From positions 1-64,000 of the forward strand of contig NIVC01000107.1 of the NCBI GenBank assembly GCA_002269645.1: DNA of 64,000 nt. Direction: 5' to 3'. Both the position numbers and the translations under genes were made by a program. The notes below the pieces were generated by a model, which saw only the letters and a list, made by a program, of their open reading frames with translations, did no database searches and was not told the DNA's origin. Of this stretch, positions 1 through 11,901 are shown piece by piece (position 1 is the first letter of the stretch; the number at the start of each line of letters is the position of its first letter). The DNA comes from Macrostomum lignano (lineage: Eukaryota).

Positions 1-330
1 ACGCTTCTATAATTGTTTACATGACGCTTCTATGATTGTTTACATGATGCTTCTATGATTTTACATGATGCTTCTATGATTGTTTACATGACGCTTCTAT
101 GATTTTTTACATGACACTTATATGATTTTTACATGACGCTTCTATGATTGTTTTACATGACGCTTCTATGATTTTTTCATGACGCTTCTATGCTTGTTTA
201 CATGACGCTTCTATGATTGTTTACATGACGCTTCTATGATTTTTTCATGACGCTTCTATGATTTTTTACATGACGCTTCTATGATTTTTTCCTGACGCTT
301 CTATGATTGTTTACATGATGCTTCTTTGAT
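1..330. repeat. Tandem minisatellite, 22-24 bp unit (ACATGACGCTTCTATGATTGTTT), truncated at window start
   Basis: About 14 near-identical head-to-tail copies read directly from the sequence. Confidence 0.95.
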
Positions 331-3138
331 TTTTTACAGTTTTCCCGATGTTAAAAAGCTTCAATTAAAAAAACTTCACTCTCTAAAAATTCAAACCAGC
401 ATCCCTGCATTTGGCAGTTCAGTCTGTTCACCTCTAGGCTAGCTCTCATCGTTTTGATAACATGAATTTTAGCACTCATATATAATTCAACAGTTTCAAA
501 ACTCCAAGCATAGAGTAAATCACACGAGGCAGTTATGACATAATCAATTTTCAGTCAGTCAGTATCAGTTAACAATATGGTTACGCAATCTAAATCAAGT
601 CTGGTGCTACGCTTCCACACTGCATTTTCAATACTGTGACGCAATTTAAGTTGGAGTTACAATTCAGTTATGATGCAATCTATTTCACAATCAGAATTCC
701 ACTAGTCAGTTTTTTCTCTAAATTCTTACAATGCATTTCAAGTCGAAAAGTTTGCTTGACCTTTGCAAAAAAGCATGTTTTTCGAATATTTAATGCCTTT
801 AGCATCAAGCAATTTCGTAGCCACAATGCATGTACAGTCACGGGAAAATTTCTGATGTAACAGTGCAAGTCTCATGAAAATCGGTTAAGCCATTTTTCTC
901 TAATCTATCACATATATATCATCACATCAAACATCACATTTTTAGTATATAGGAAGTTTTGATTTTTAGTATATTGGATTAAAATTGGGTAATCATCTTT
1001 ATCCTAATTTCCTTGTAATTCCCCCTTTGTAAATTACAAAAACATTTAAGTAAAATGATTCTTCAAAAAAGTTGTTTACCCTAAAATTAAAAACAAATTA
1101 ATTGGTTTTAAAATAGCTATTTAAATATTAAAAATGTATATTAAAGCCATAGATATTTTTGAGGTGGTTCCCAAAGAGTATATCCAAGGTACTAAGGTAC
1201 TATCAAAGATAGATGGCTGCCCTAAAAAAATTGCTTTTTGTGATAGCCTTCTATCTCTTATAATTAAGACATAACTAATAGTAGCTATCAATAAACTAGG
1301 CTTTATCTTTTCATCATAGCCACATGGCTAGACTTTTAGAATTTTAAAATGTCATTGACAGACTTAAAAAATTCCTTAAGAGCCTATATATGACCAACTA
1401 ATAAATCATCAATATCTTGTTGGCTATTAGTAATGCAAGTTCCATAGAGTAACATCAATGTTGATGTTAATAAGCCTGATAGTTGGCCTCAGGGCTCAGG
1501 TTAGCTTTAGCATCAAGGATATTGGTTAAGGCCTAGTGCTCTACTAGGTCTTTTAGCCATTGCAATCAACAAATCAATTGAATAGTTTAAAAAAATTTAA
1601 TAAAATTAATATAATAAACTGGAGATTGCTATAAATTATGTTAAATAGGCTTAATGCCAAATTTTGAGTATAAAAAATATAGCTAGGCCTATCCTTTTGC
1701 TAAAAGATAGTTAGACCTATTATTTAAATAATTTTTGCAACAAAATAGGCTAATTATATTTTAAATGAATAAATATTAAAAATTATTTTAAATCATTGAT
1801 GCTTATTAGGTTGTTTTTAGATGCTTTTTAGTGTACTTTAGTGTACTTTAGTGTACTAGTTTTAGTGTAATTTATTATGCCAATACTCTTGACCTATATA
1901 AACAATATAGACCCTTGTGTTGATTAAACTATCCCTATCTCTATATATACACAATATTAAAACATGCGTCCAGCCCTTTTAGCCACATTGTATAGTCTAT
2001 TATCAATTTTAATGTTTCTTCATAAATAGTGTCAACTTTAACAAGAAACTTCTATTTGTATTAGGTCTAATATAATATTTAAAAATTAATCAATATAAAT
2101 TAGAAACAATAATAAATGGAGTTATGATGTATATAGATTGCACAAGTAATGATTTATGCATAATAAATAATATAATTCAATATATATGGTTGTTCACTGA
2201 AAATTTGACTTTGCTTAATATTGAGTAGCCCTTTATATTATTGGCCCTACTATAGATATAAATAATAGACAGGCTATTACTAAGACATTATTTCTTAAAC
2301 AACCCAATTTCTAATGTCATATCATAAAAGTTAATCACACCTAAATCCTAATTAGGCAGTGAACAATCAACATCTGGCATCACCTCTACAAAGTATGACC
2401 CAAGGGCAGCATGCAGGTCTAGGCCATCAGCTCAGCGTTGCTCACATGCTTGGGGAACCAGATGCTTAGAGCATTGCACAGGTGACAATGATTTACATTA
2501 GAGTATGCAGCAATAACATACATATTGCATACCCATTCTGCAATATTGGCAACACACACATGTAAGTTGCTATTGGCTCAGAGCAGTCACGTGACTACTA
2601 TTCCATCCAATAGCGACTTACATGTGTGTGTTGCCAATAGAAATGGCCGGGTGAATCCCTAGGTTGTGCCCAAGCATGCACTACTAGTCTAAAAATATTT
2701 TTGAATAATTTTTTAAATGATTTGGCTGTAAATATCAAAGTAAAACTACTGATATTACTCTTTGAATATGATAATTTTGAGTACTTAAGCCAGGTATTTC
2801 TATTTAATTTAAAATATTAAATAATGAAAAAATATTCAATTCTTACATGAAAAAACCCTGCTGATTCTGACTTTAGTTCAGTAGTTAATTTTTTAATTCT
2901 ATATTAACTAAAAGATTCTTTTCTCATTTTATACCTGGTAGAACTAGAAGGATAAAAAATTCATGTAGTTTTATATTAAAGCTGAATATTGACAATAGGG
3001 TTAAAACAATGAAAAAACACAAAGTTACTTTATTGAATATTTAATTCCTTTTTGTAATTTATAACGTCTACTAAAAGTAATATAATTTTTCCTTCAACTC
3101 AGCCACGCATAACTTTGCAGCCCGCCGCTAATTAAACG

Positions 3139-4470
3139 ATGACTCACCAGCGACTCACCCTAAGGCGCCGCCTGTCCTACAATACCAAGTCTAATAGGCG
3201 CACAGTGTCCAAGACTCCTGGTGGCCGGCTTGTCTATCTTTATCGCAAAAAGTTGGGCGCCGTTCCCAAATGCGGCGATTGCAAAGTTAAACTGCACGGC
3301 GTCACGCCTAGCAGGCCGATGGAGCGCTGTCGCATGTCCAAGCGGCTGAAGACTGTCAACAGGGCCTATGGCGGATCTCGCTGCCACCGTTGCGTCACTG
3401 AGCGGTAAGCGGCCAAAGTACATTGATGTCCCTTTTAGCCAAACCCCATTAACAATGATTTCACAGTTGTTTACTTTCCGGTGCTTCAGTTTTCAGTCCC
3501 CCCCCCCAATATCCGGTGCTTCAGTGTCCCCCCCACCCATATCCGGTGCTTCAGTTCCCCTCCACAGCCGGTGCTTCAGTTCCCCCATATCCGGTGCTTC
3601 AGTTCCCCCCATATCCGGTGCTTCAGTTCCCCCCATATCCGGTGCTCAGTTCCCCCCATATCCGGTGCTTCAGTTCCCCTCCACAGCCGGTGCTTCAGTT
3701 CCCCTCCACAGCCGGTGCTTCAGTTCCCCCATATCCGGTGCTTCAGTTCCCCCCATATCCGGTGCTTCAGTTCCCCTCCACAGCCGGTGCTTCAGTTCCC
3801 CCCATATCCGGTGCTTCAGTTCTCCCATATCCGGTGCTTCAGTTCCTCTCCACAGCCGGTGCTTCAGTTCCCTCCATATCCGGTGCTTCAGTTCCCCCCA
3901 TATCCGGTGCTTCAGTTCCCCCCATATCCGGTGCTTCAGTTCCCCCCATATCCGGTGCTTCAGTTCCCCCATATCCGGTGCTTCAGTTCCCCCCATATCC
4001 GGTGCTTCAGTTCTCCCCATATCCGGTGCTTCAGTTCCTCTCCACAGCCGGTGCTTCAGTTCCCTCCATATCCGGTGCTTCAGTTCCCCTCCACAGCCGG
4101 TGCTTCAGTTCCCCTCCACAGCCGGTGCTTCAGTTCCCCCCATATCCGGTGCTTCAGTTCCCCCCATATCCGGTGCTTCAGTTCCCCCCATATCCGGTGC
4201 TTCAGTTCCCCCCATATCCGGTGCTTCAGTTCCCCTCCACAGCCGGTGCTTCAGTTCCCCCATATCCGGTGCTTCAGTTCTCCCCATATCCGGTGCTTCA
4301 GATCCTCATATCCGGTCCTTAATCCCATATTGCTAACATTAGTTCAGCAGTAGCAATCTTGCAATAACATCCCCAACCCACAAATCCGCAGGATTGTTCG
4401 CGCCTTCTTAGTTGAGGAGCAGAAGATTGTGCAGAAGGTGATGCGCGCCAAGGCTAAATCAGCGGAGTAA
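3139..4470 (+). CDS. RPL34: 60S ribosomal protein L34 (eL34), 114 aa; exons 3139-3404 and 4392-4470
   Basis: Exon 1 reads MTHQRLTLRRRLSYNTKSN..KTPGGRLVYLY..KCGDCK..RAYGGSRCHRCV (L34e signature). Donor CG|GTAAGC at 3405, acceptor CCGCAG|G at 4391. The phase-2 junction restores R, then IVRAFLVEEQKIVQKVMRAKAKSAE*. Total 345 nt. Confidence 0.97.
3478..4320. repeat. Minisatellite filling the RPL34 intron; units ATCCGGTGCTTCAGTTCCCCC(C)AT (~22 bp) and AGCCGGTGCTTCAGTTCCCCTCCAC (25 bp)
   Basis: Direct reading. It explains the spurious 270-320 aa ORFs in three frames. Confidence 0.95.
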
Positions 4471-4982
4471 AAGTGTTTTCTCCATTCTGTGTTTCGCTTG
4501 TAAAGCATTAACTGAATTGGTCTGCTGGTATGGTGTTAAAAGCAGTTAAAATTTAGCGAGTGTGGACAAATAAACACGAATAATTGTTTTGGAATTGAAA
4601 AATTTGCTGGAGAAACTTGTCTCTTTATTTTATTTCCTTCTAGTGCTGCTTTTACTTTAGATTGTTACGCTAGAAAAGCAATTGTGAAACAAAATTCATA
4701 AATGATTTTTGTACTACTCATAGACTTCAAAATAGTAGTACTCTAGGCTTTTCTAAAGAATAGAATAACAAGCATTCTTTCGTAAATACTAAATCTGATA
4801 CCTTCGTCAGGGGGACCGGCCATCTTGCCAGTAGATCTGCTACTAACACCGCGAATCTTCACATTCATGCACAGTTGCCAAGCAAACTAAAGCCGGTAAT
4901 AAAATTCGATTTTAAAGCTATACACGTGGTATCTTCTAAACTATTATCTTTTTCCTATCTTCCTAACGCATACGCCTGTAAA

Positions 4983-5631
4983 ATGTCTGTGGACGGAGCG
5001 TTTGCCAATGTTAACCAGCCGCAACAGCAGCCACAGCAGCCTCAGCAGCAGCAGCAGCAGCTGGCTTCGGACCAGGCAATAACAGAACCATCCCCCGAGT
5101 CACGCAGCCTCACTTCTCTCAGCAGTCGCATCAGCAGCAGCAGCAGATTCACATTGCTAGGCACTCAGTGTCTTCTCCATCGCCTCCACCGCTGCAGCAT
5201 CACCAACATCAGCATCAGCAGCAGTACCAGCGCAAGCCGCAGCATCTATCTAATCAATATTTCCCAGCCGGATCGACTGTTGAATTAACTAAACGCGAGA
5301 CTGGCGAATTAATTCGCGGAGCCGAAGTGCTGCTGCACGATCCGATAGGTGACTGCATTGTGGTCCGGCTGGCGGCCAGGAGCGGCCGGCCAGGCCTATT
5401 CGACGTGCATTATTACAATTTAGCCTTTGTTGACGTTCGAATACACACTATGCCAGACTCCGCGGGCACCGTTTCGCCGAGCTTGACGTTGAAAAAGTGC
5501 AGCATCGACTGCAGCGCAATATCGAACGGGCTAATATGCGGCAGCAGCAGCAGCAAGCAAAAGGTGCAACAGGTGGCGGTGGAGCGCCTGCCACAACTAC
5601 AGCTCAATCAGCTTCCAGGCCAACTGCTTGA
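4983..5631 (+). CDS. LSM12: LSM12-like protein: Q-rich N-terminus, LSm domain, no anticodon-binding domain; two apparent -1 frameshifts (~5095 and ~5481)
   Basis: QYFPAGSTVELTKRETGELIRGAEVLLHDPIGDCIVVRLAARSGRPGLFDVHYYNLAFVDVRI resembles the LSM12 N-terminal LSm fold (YFSVGSQV..GEVVAFD..SSSGKPNHADILLINLQYV). After a -1 shift at ~5481 it continues LDVEKVQHRLQRNIERA to TGA at 5629-5631. The ATG at 4983 and its poly-Q lie in a third frame. May be a pseudogene or an assembly indel. Confidence 0.7.
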
Positions 5632-7369
5632 TGTATTGCTTTCTCTGAGATAATCATAAATAGGCTCTGTCGTGTAGGGGGACAATCAATGGTTAATATA
5701 GGAGACAGACGCCAATATATTAATAAAATTATGTCACTAGGCTTTCTGAATAGACCGGGGGGGGTGGTTATAGATCTCACGCTCAACCCCCATAGCATAG
5801 CAATGCTGAGCTAATTTGGAACCAATAATTAATTAATTTTGCCAAGCGCAATAGGGTGCAATATACGGAATTCTGCATCGCTAGCAATTCGTGCATTAAT
5901 TTGTGTGCTAACTTTTTTGCTTGTTTCTTTGATCATTTTTTTAGCAAAATATTATAAAAAACTTAAGACGGTCCCGCGCCCTATTCTGCACCCTTCTCAG
6001 CCACATCGACCTGTAGTCGTCTTTCCTTCGACCCGTTCTTTAAGGTTGTTAGGCCCCTGTCTCTGTCATCGTATTTTTGTATTAATTTTTCGTACAGGAC
6101 GCAGATTTTAAAATAACTGGATGGGCCACTCAGGCATATATAAAACAGCTTTCTACTTTCAGTTCAGTAGCAAAGAATACATAAGCTATTTTATAAAAAT
6201 GAAGCCAGCTGAAATGGCTTTGATAAGTTTAGAAGCCAAAGCTTGCAGGCGTAAACAACTTGCTAATTGGTTCAGCAGTAATGTACATTGGCCAGTCCAC
6301 AAAAATGTACATGGCAGCTTTAGGCTGGAATTCCGAGAAAGGCAATAAAAATTAGCGGGGCGGGGGACCTAGTATGGAAAGGCACGGTTGGAGGTTTAAG
6401 CCAGCGGTAAGGAGGAGCCAATATAAATGAGCCTTGGCTTTAAAAATACAATAAAATGCTTCTATTAAAATTACTACTGAACTGAAAGTTAGTTTACTCG
6501 CAAATTTGCTGAGTGGCCCATCTAGTTATTCTAGTATCTGTGGTATAGGATAAACTTAATAAAAATGCGCAGTATGCTCTACTTGACGCCTGGCGATTTA
6601 AGTAGTATGACTAGTGTGCTAAGAGACTTTTATTTAGAACGAGTAGTAAGATGTTGCTCATTGAAGTTGTCAGCTCTAAGCTGCGCTTGCACTTGCTACT
6701 AACAGTAGTGCAGTCAAAGTCAAATAGAAAAAGTAAAAAAATGCATTAAGTACTTGGCCTACTGCAATCTATCCCGGTGTGCCTTTATCCTATGGAAATT
6801 TTGCTAACTTTGCAGCAGCTCGATAATTCTAGCTTTGTATTTTCAGTATTGTGGCCTAAAATATGTTGTGTCTGAAACGAACTAGGCTTATCATCAATAA
6901 TAAATTTGATAGAACTGGGGAATGTTATATTGATTTAATACTTATAAAACTGGCTGGCTCCATTGTAAATCTGTCTGTCCCGTATTGTATTTTAATTTCA
7001 ACTTATTGTAATTTAGCCAATACTGTACAATACAGCTTATTTCGAGACAATTTATTAATGTACTAAATTCTGTCCGTCTCTCATCTAATTTAGTTTTTTC
7101 TTTGTCCTTTTAAAGCTGGTAGCTACGTGTGAAGAAGGATAGCAGTAAGTCCGTAGCCTTATACCCGTGTACCTTAAATACAAAAAATTATCATTTCATT
7201 TTCCCACTCAACTGTTGGGTTATCTGACTCGACTTGACTGCAGATAGGAAATGTTGTTTTGCAATAAACTGCTTTTGTCTTGCATGCCTTTCTCAGATCT
7301 TTTTGCTTATAGCCTTTGAGCAGTCAATCAGGCTTACGATTAGGGTCTGACAGACTGATTGAATTAGCT

Positions 7370-8395
7370 AGGATTAGGGTCTGACAGACTGATTGCATTA
7401 GCTAGGATTAGGGTCTGACAGACTGATTGCATAGCTAGTATTAGGGTCTGACAGACTGATTACATTGCTAGGATTAGGGTCTGACAGACTAATTGCATAA
7501 GCTAGAATTAGGGTCTGACAGACTGATTGCATTAGCTAGAATTAGGGTCTGACAGACTGATTGCATTAACTAAGGATTAGGGTCTGACAGACTGATTGCA
7601 TTAGCTAGAATTAGGGTCTGACAGACTGATTGCATTAACTAAGGATTAGGGTCTGACAGACTGATTGCATTAGCTAGAATTAGGGTCTGACAGACTGATT
7701 GCATTAACTAAGGATTAGGGTCTGACAGACTGATTGCATTAGCTAGAATTAGGGTCTGACAGACTGATTGCATTAACTAAGGATTAGGGTCTGACAGACT
7801 GATTGCATTAGCTAGAATTAGGGTCTGACAGACTGATTGCATTAACTAAGGATTAGGGTCTGACAGACTGATTGCATAGCTAGGATTAGGGTCTGACAGA
7901 CTGATTGCATTAACTAAGGATTAGGGTCTGACAGACTGATTGCATAGCTAGGATTAGGGTCTGACAGACTGATTGCATTAGCTAGAATTAGGGTCTGACA
8001 GACTGATTGCATTAACTAAGGATTAGGGTCTGACAGACTGATTGCATTAGCTAGAATTAGGGTCTGACAGACTGATTGCATTAACTAAGGATTAGGGTCT
8101 GACAGACTGATTGCATAGCTAGGATTAGGGTCTGACAGACTGATTGCATTAACTAAGGATTAGGGTCTGACAGGCTGTTTGCATAGCTAGAATTAGAGTT
8201 TGACAGACTGTTTGCATTAACCAAGGATTAGGGTCTAACAGACTGATTGAATTAGTTAAGGATTAGGGTCTGACAGACTGATTGCATAGCTAGGATTAGG
8301 GTCTAAGAGACTGATTGCATTAACTAAGGATTAGGGTCTGACAGGCTGTTTGCATTAACTAAGGATTAGGGTCTGACAGGCTGTTTGCATAGCTA
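7370..8395. repeat. 34/35-bp minisatellite (GATTAGGGTCTGACAGACTGATTGCATTAGCTAG) with alternating variants
   Basis: About 30 tandem copies. Alternating TAGCTAGAATTA/TAACTAAGGATTA variants give a ~69-bp higher-order unit in the centre. Confidence 0.95.
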
Positions 8396-8467
8396 GTATT
8401 GGAATAGAGACAGTCAATAATTTTTGCACAATTTTTTCAATCTTACTGCTTTCAAGTCGCTAATCCC

Positions 8468-11400
8468 ATGGTTTCTCTTGACGATTTGCGAAAGAAAGGC
8501 TGGTAGGTGAACGCATTACTTGCTACTTAAAAGTAGCTTATCCAGTACAATTTTATTTATCATCTCCAATTAACCAGGCACTTGACGCAGGAAGGTCTGC
8601 AGTACTGCATTGACAAACTCGATGGCAAGCCAACCACAATAGACAATGTGATTCAAATTGCGCTCAATGTAAGTCTAATTGGTTGTTTCATCGGGTCTAA
8701 CAGTAAGGAATGTCAAGCCATTAGGTAGCGCTATAATAGTTTTTACTGTGTCAGCGAAAATTTTTTATCAGTTAAAACTAGACTACCATGCGTCTAATTT
8801 TAAACAGACCGACCTGAAGGACATCGGCGACACTGCGCTGCCCTCAGCTGGTCGCATTGAGTCGCTAAGCGCCGGTTCCACAGCCGGCTCCACGTCTCAC
8901 TACGTGATGCAGGTTCAACGAGTGCGAAATGTGTCAGCGCCAAAGGACAACGAGGATAGCGGGGCGGCACCGCCTCTGTTAAAGGTTAGATTTTGTTTGT
9001 TTTAATAATTCCAATTAAACTTTTTAAATACCCATTGAATTCTCCTTTCGAACTGGCTGTTTATTTGCCGTAGCATCTCAGTTCGCCCTTTGAAATCGTC
9101 GTCACTTCCCTTGAGAATCGCCCTGAGTTCCATTGAGAATCTGAGTTCCATTAAGAACTGCCTTCAGTTTTTTGAGAATCGCCCTGAGTTCTCCATGAGA
9201 ATCGCCCTGAGCTCCCTTAAGAATCGCCCTGAGTTTCCTTTGAGAATCGCCCTGCGTTCTCTATGAGAATCGCCCTGAGTTCTCTATGAAAATCACCCTG
9301 AGTTTCCTTTGAGAATCGCCCTGAGTTCTCTATGATAATCGCCCTGAGTTCCCTTTGAGAATCGCCCTGAGTTCAATTGAGAATCGCCCTGAGTCCAATT
9401 GAGAATCGCCCTGAGTTCCCTTTGAGAATCGCCCTGAGTTCAATTGAGAATCGCCCTGAGTCCAATTGAGAATCGCCCTGAGTTCCCTTTGAGAATCGCC
9501 CTGAGTTCAATTGAGAATCGCCCTGAGTCCAATTGAGAATCGCCCTGAGTTCCCTTTGAGAATCGCCCTGAGTTCAATTGAGAATCGCCCTGAGTCCAAT
9601 TGAGAATCGCCCTGAGTTCAATTGAGAATCGCCCTGAGTTCCCTTTGAGAATCGCCCTGAGTTCAATTGAGAATCGCCCTGAGTCCAATTGAGAATCGCC
9701 CTGAGTTCAATTGAGAATCGCCCTGAGTTCCCTTTGAGAATCGCCCTGAGTTCAATTGAGAATCGCCTGACGCGCGGGTGTCGCTGCTCAACGCAGGTGA
9801 CGCTGACGGACGGCCGGGTGACGCTGATCGGGCTGGATGTGCACAACCGGCTCAGCGGCCTACTGTCAACAAGGACTCCACCGGGCACCAAGTTGGCCCT
9901 CGACTGCGGCAAGGCGACCTTCTCCGACGGCTACTGGCTGGCAGACTCAGCCGCCTGCAAGCACCTGGGCGGCCGGGTCTCCCTCTTAGCCGAGGGCTGG
10001 CGCCTCCGCTCCGACATGCGCGACGGTCGTGGACGTCATCGTGCGGCCGGCACCGGCGCGCCGCCGTTTGTGCCTTTCGGCGCTGGCAGGGCCGCGGCGC
10101 AGACTACGGCCGCCGTGGCCGCCAATTTCAAATCGATGCCAGTTGGCAATGGAGGCGAAACTGGCGGCAGAGCCGAAGGCGGCGCCGATGCCGAAGAGGC
10201 CGACGGAGAGTTTGCGGAGCAGCGTCGGGCGATGATCGACGAGGCTCGGCAGCAGCAGCGCAAGGCCTTCGCCACGGCCAGCCACAACCAGCAGCGGCCG
10301 CAGGCGCTCAAGCGTCAGCAACAGCAACAACAGCAGCAGCAACGGGATGACCCGACCGAAAAATTCGACGAACGCTCCGTGGACACCATCATGAGCATGG
10401 GCTACAGCTTCACCGAGGCTCTGGACGCGCTGAGGCATACTCACGGCGATCTCGGCAAAGCCGTCGATCACATCCTGGCTAGCCAGACCGCCGCGTCGGC
10501 CCGAATCCGAGATCCCGACCGCGAGGACCGAGGCCCGGTCTTTGCCGGAGCTGAAGGCTCCCTGGCTAAGCCGTCTGCCAAGCTGTCGCTGTTTGACTTT
10601 GTTCAGGGCCTGCCTATTGCCGGCATTGACACAGCGGTGTCTCAGCAGCAGCCACCGTCTGCTCAGGGTTCTCAGCGTTTTGATCGGCAAAATCGACGGG
10701 GCCCGGCTCCAAGTCAGAGGAGCGACCAGAATCAGAGAGGCGGTCAGCCACCGTTTCAGCGCAATCAGAAAGGAGACCAAGATCAAAGAGGACCGCCGCC
10801 TAATCAGCGCAATCAGCGAGGGGACCAAGATCAAAGGGGGCCGCCGCCTAACCAGCGCTTTCAGCGAGGAGATCAAGATCCAAGGGGGCCGCCGCCTAAC
10901 CAGGGAAATCAGCGAGGGGACCACGATCAAAGAGGGCCGCCGCCTAACCAGCGCTATCAGCGAGGAGATCAAGATCAAAGAGGGCCGCCGCCTAACCAGC
11001 GCAATCAGAGAGGAGACCAAGATCAAAGGGGGCCGCCGCCTAACCAGCGCTATCAGCGAGGAGATCAAAATCAAAGGGGGCCGCCGCCTAACCAGCGCAA
11101 TCAGCGAGAAGGAGACCAAGGTCAGAGAAGGCCGCTGCCTAACCAGCGCAATCAGCGAGGAGATCAAGATCCAAGGGGGCCGCCGCCTAACCAGGGCAAT
11201 CAGCGAGGATACCAAGATCAAAGGGGCCGCCGCCTAACCAGGGCAATCAGCGAGGAGACCAAGATCCAAGGGGCCGCCGCCTAACCAGGGCAATCAGCGA
11301 GGAGACCAAGATCCAAGGGGCCGCCGCCTAACCAGGGCAATCAGCGAGGAGACCAAGATCCAAGGGGCCGCCGCCTAACCAGGGCAATCAGCGAGGAGAC

Positions 11401-11901
11401 CAAGATCCAAGGGGACTGCCGCCTAACCAGGGCAATCAGCGAGGAGACCAAGATCCAAGGGGACTGCCGCCTAACCAGAGCAATCAGCGAGGAGACCAAG
11501 ATCCAAGGAGACTGCCGCCTAACCAGGGCAATCAGGCTCATCAGAGAGGACACGATCAAAGGGGTCCACTGCCTGCGGGTCATAAGTCGCAGCAGTTTTG
11601 GCAACCCACAGAGAACGAGTTCTGTATGGCCCGTTACGCAGACAATCAATACTATTTGGCCCAGATAGTTAAGCTGCAGCCGCCGGCGCGCGCACTAATC
11701 AATTGGTATGAATACAATCAACAACAGAGTGTTCTGCTGAAGGATCTGATGCCAGTCATGTTCGACCAACCGCCCCCAATGCCGCCTATGAACATGCCAC
11801 CACCGTCGATGATGCCGCCGCATCAGGTAGGAGGACCTGGCGGAGGAGGCACCGGGATGCGAGAATTTTACAGTCGGGGAGCGCGTAACTTCTACGGTTA
11901 G
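8468..11901 (+). CDS. TDRD3: Tudor domain-containing protein 3 (OB fold, UBA, repeat region, Tudor); exons 8468-8502, 8578-8668, 8808-8984, 9797-11901; four -1 units at 11223-11367 interrupt the frame
   Basis: Spliced N-terminus [74 protein letters not shown] matches TDRD3 ([50 protein letters not shown]). UBA is DERSVDTIMSMGYSFTEALDAL; Tudor is WQPTENEFCMARYADNQYYLAQIV..VLLKDL. All GT-AG phases are consistent. Confidence 0.93.
9110..9770. repeat. 22-23 bp minisatellite (GAGAATCGCCCTGAGTTCAATT / ..TTCCCTTT) in TDRD3 intron 3
   Basis: Direct reading. It ends just before the acceptor ACGCAG at 9796. Confidence 0.93.
10770..11560 (+). repeat. Coding 48-bp tandem repeat in TDRD3 encoding GDQD(Q/P)RGPPPNQ(R/G)NQR
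   Basis: About 16 units. The units with G-runs at 11223, 11270, 11317 and 11364 are 47 bp long. Confidence 0.92.

Noticed and set aside
3368-4353. 270-320 aa ORFs in three frames
   Set aside because: They are translations of the intronic minisatellite. RPL34 splices across it with matching phase.
7370-8395. Interstitial telomere (TTAGGG in most units)
   Set aside because: Only one hexamer per 34-35 bp unit and no (TTAGGG)n run.
9986-11221. 411-aa minus-strand ORF and the 311-aa plus-strand ORF at 29372-30307
   Set aside because: Antisense shadows of the coding repeats in TDRD3 and in the acidic-repeat protein.
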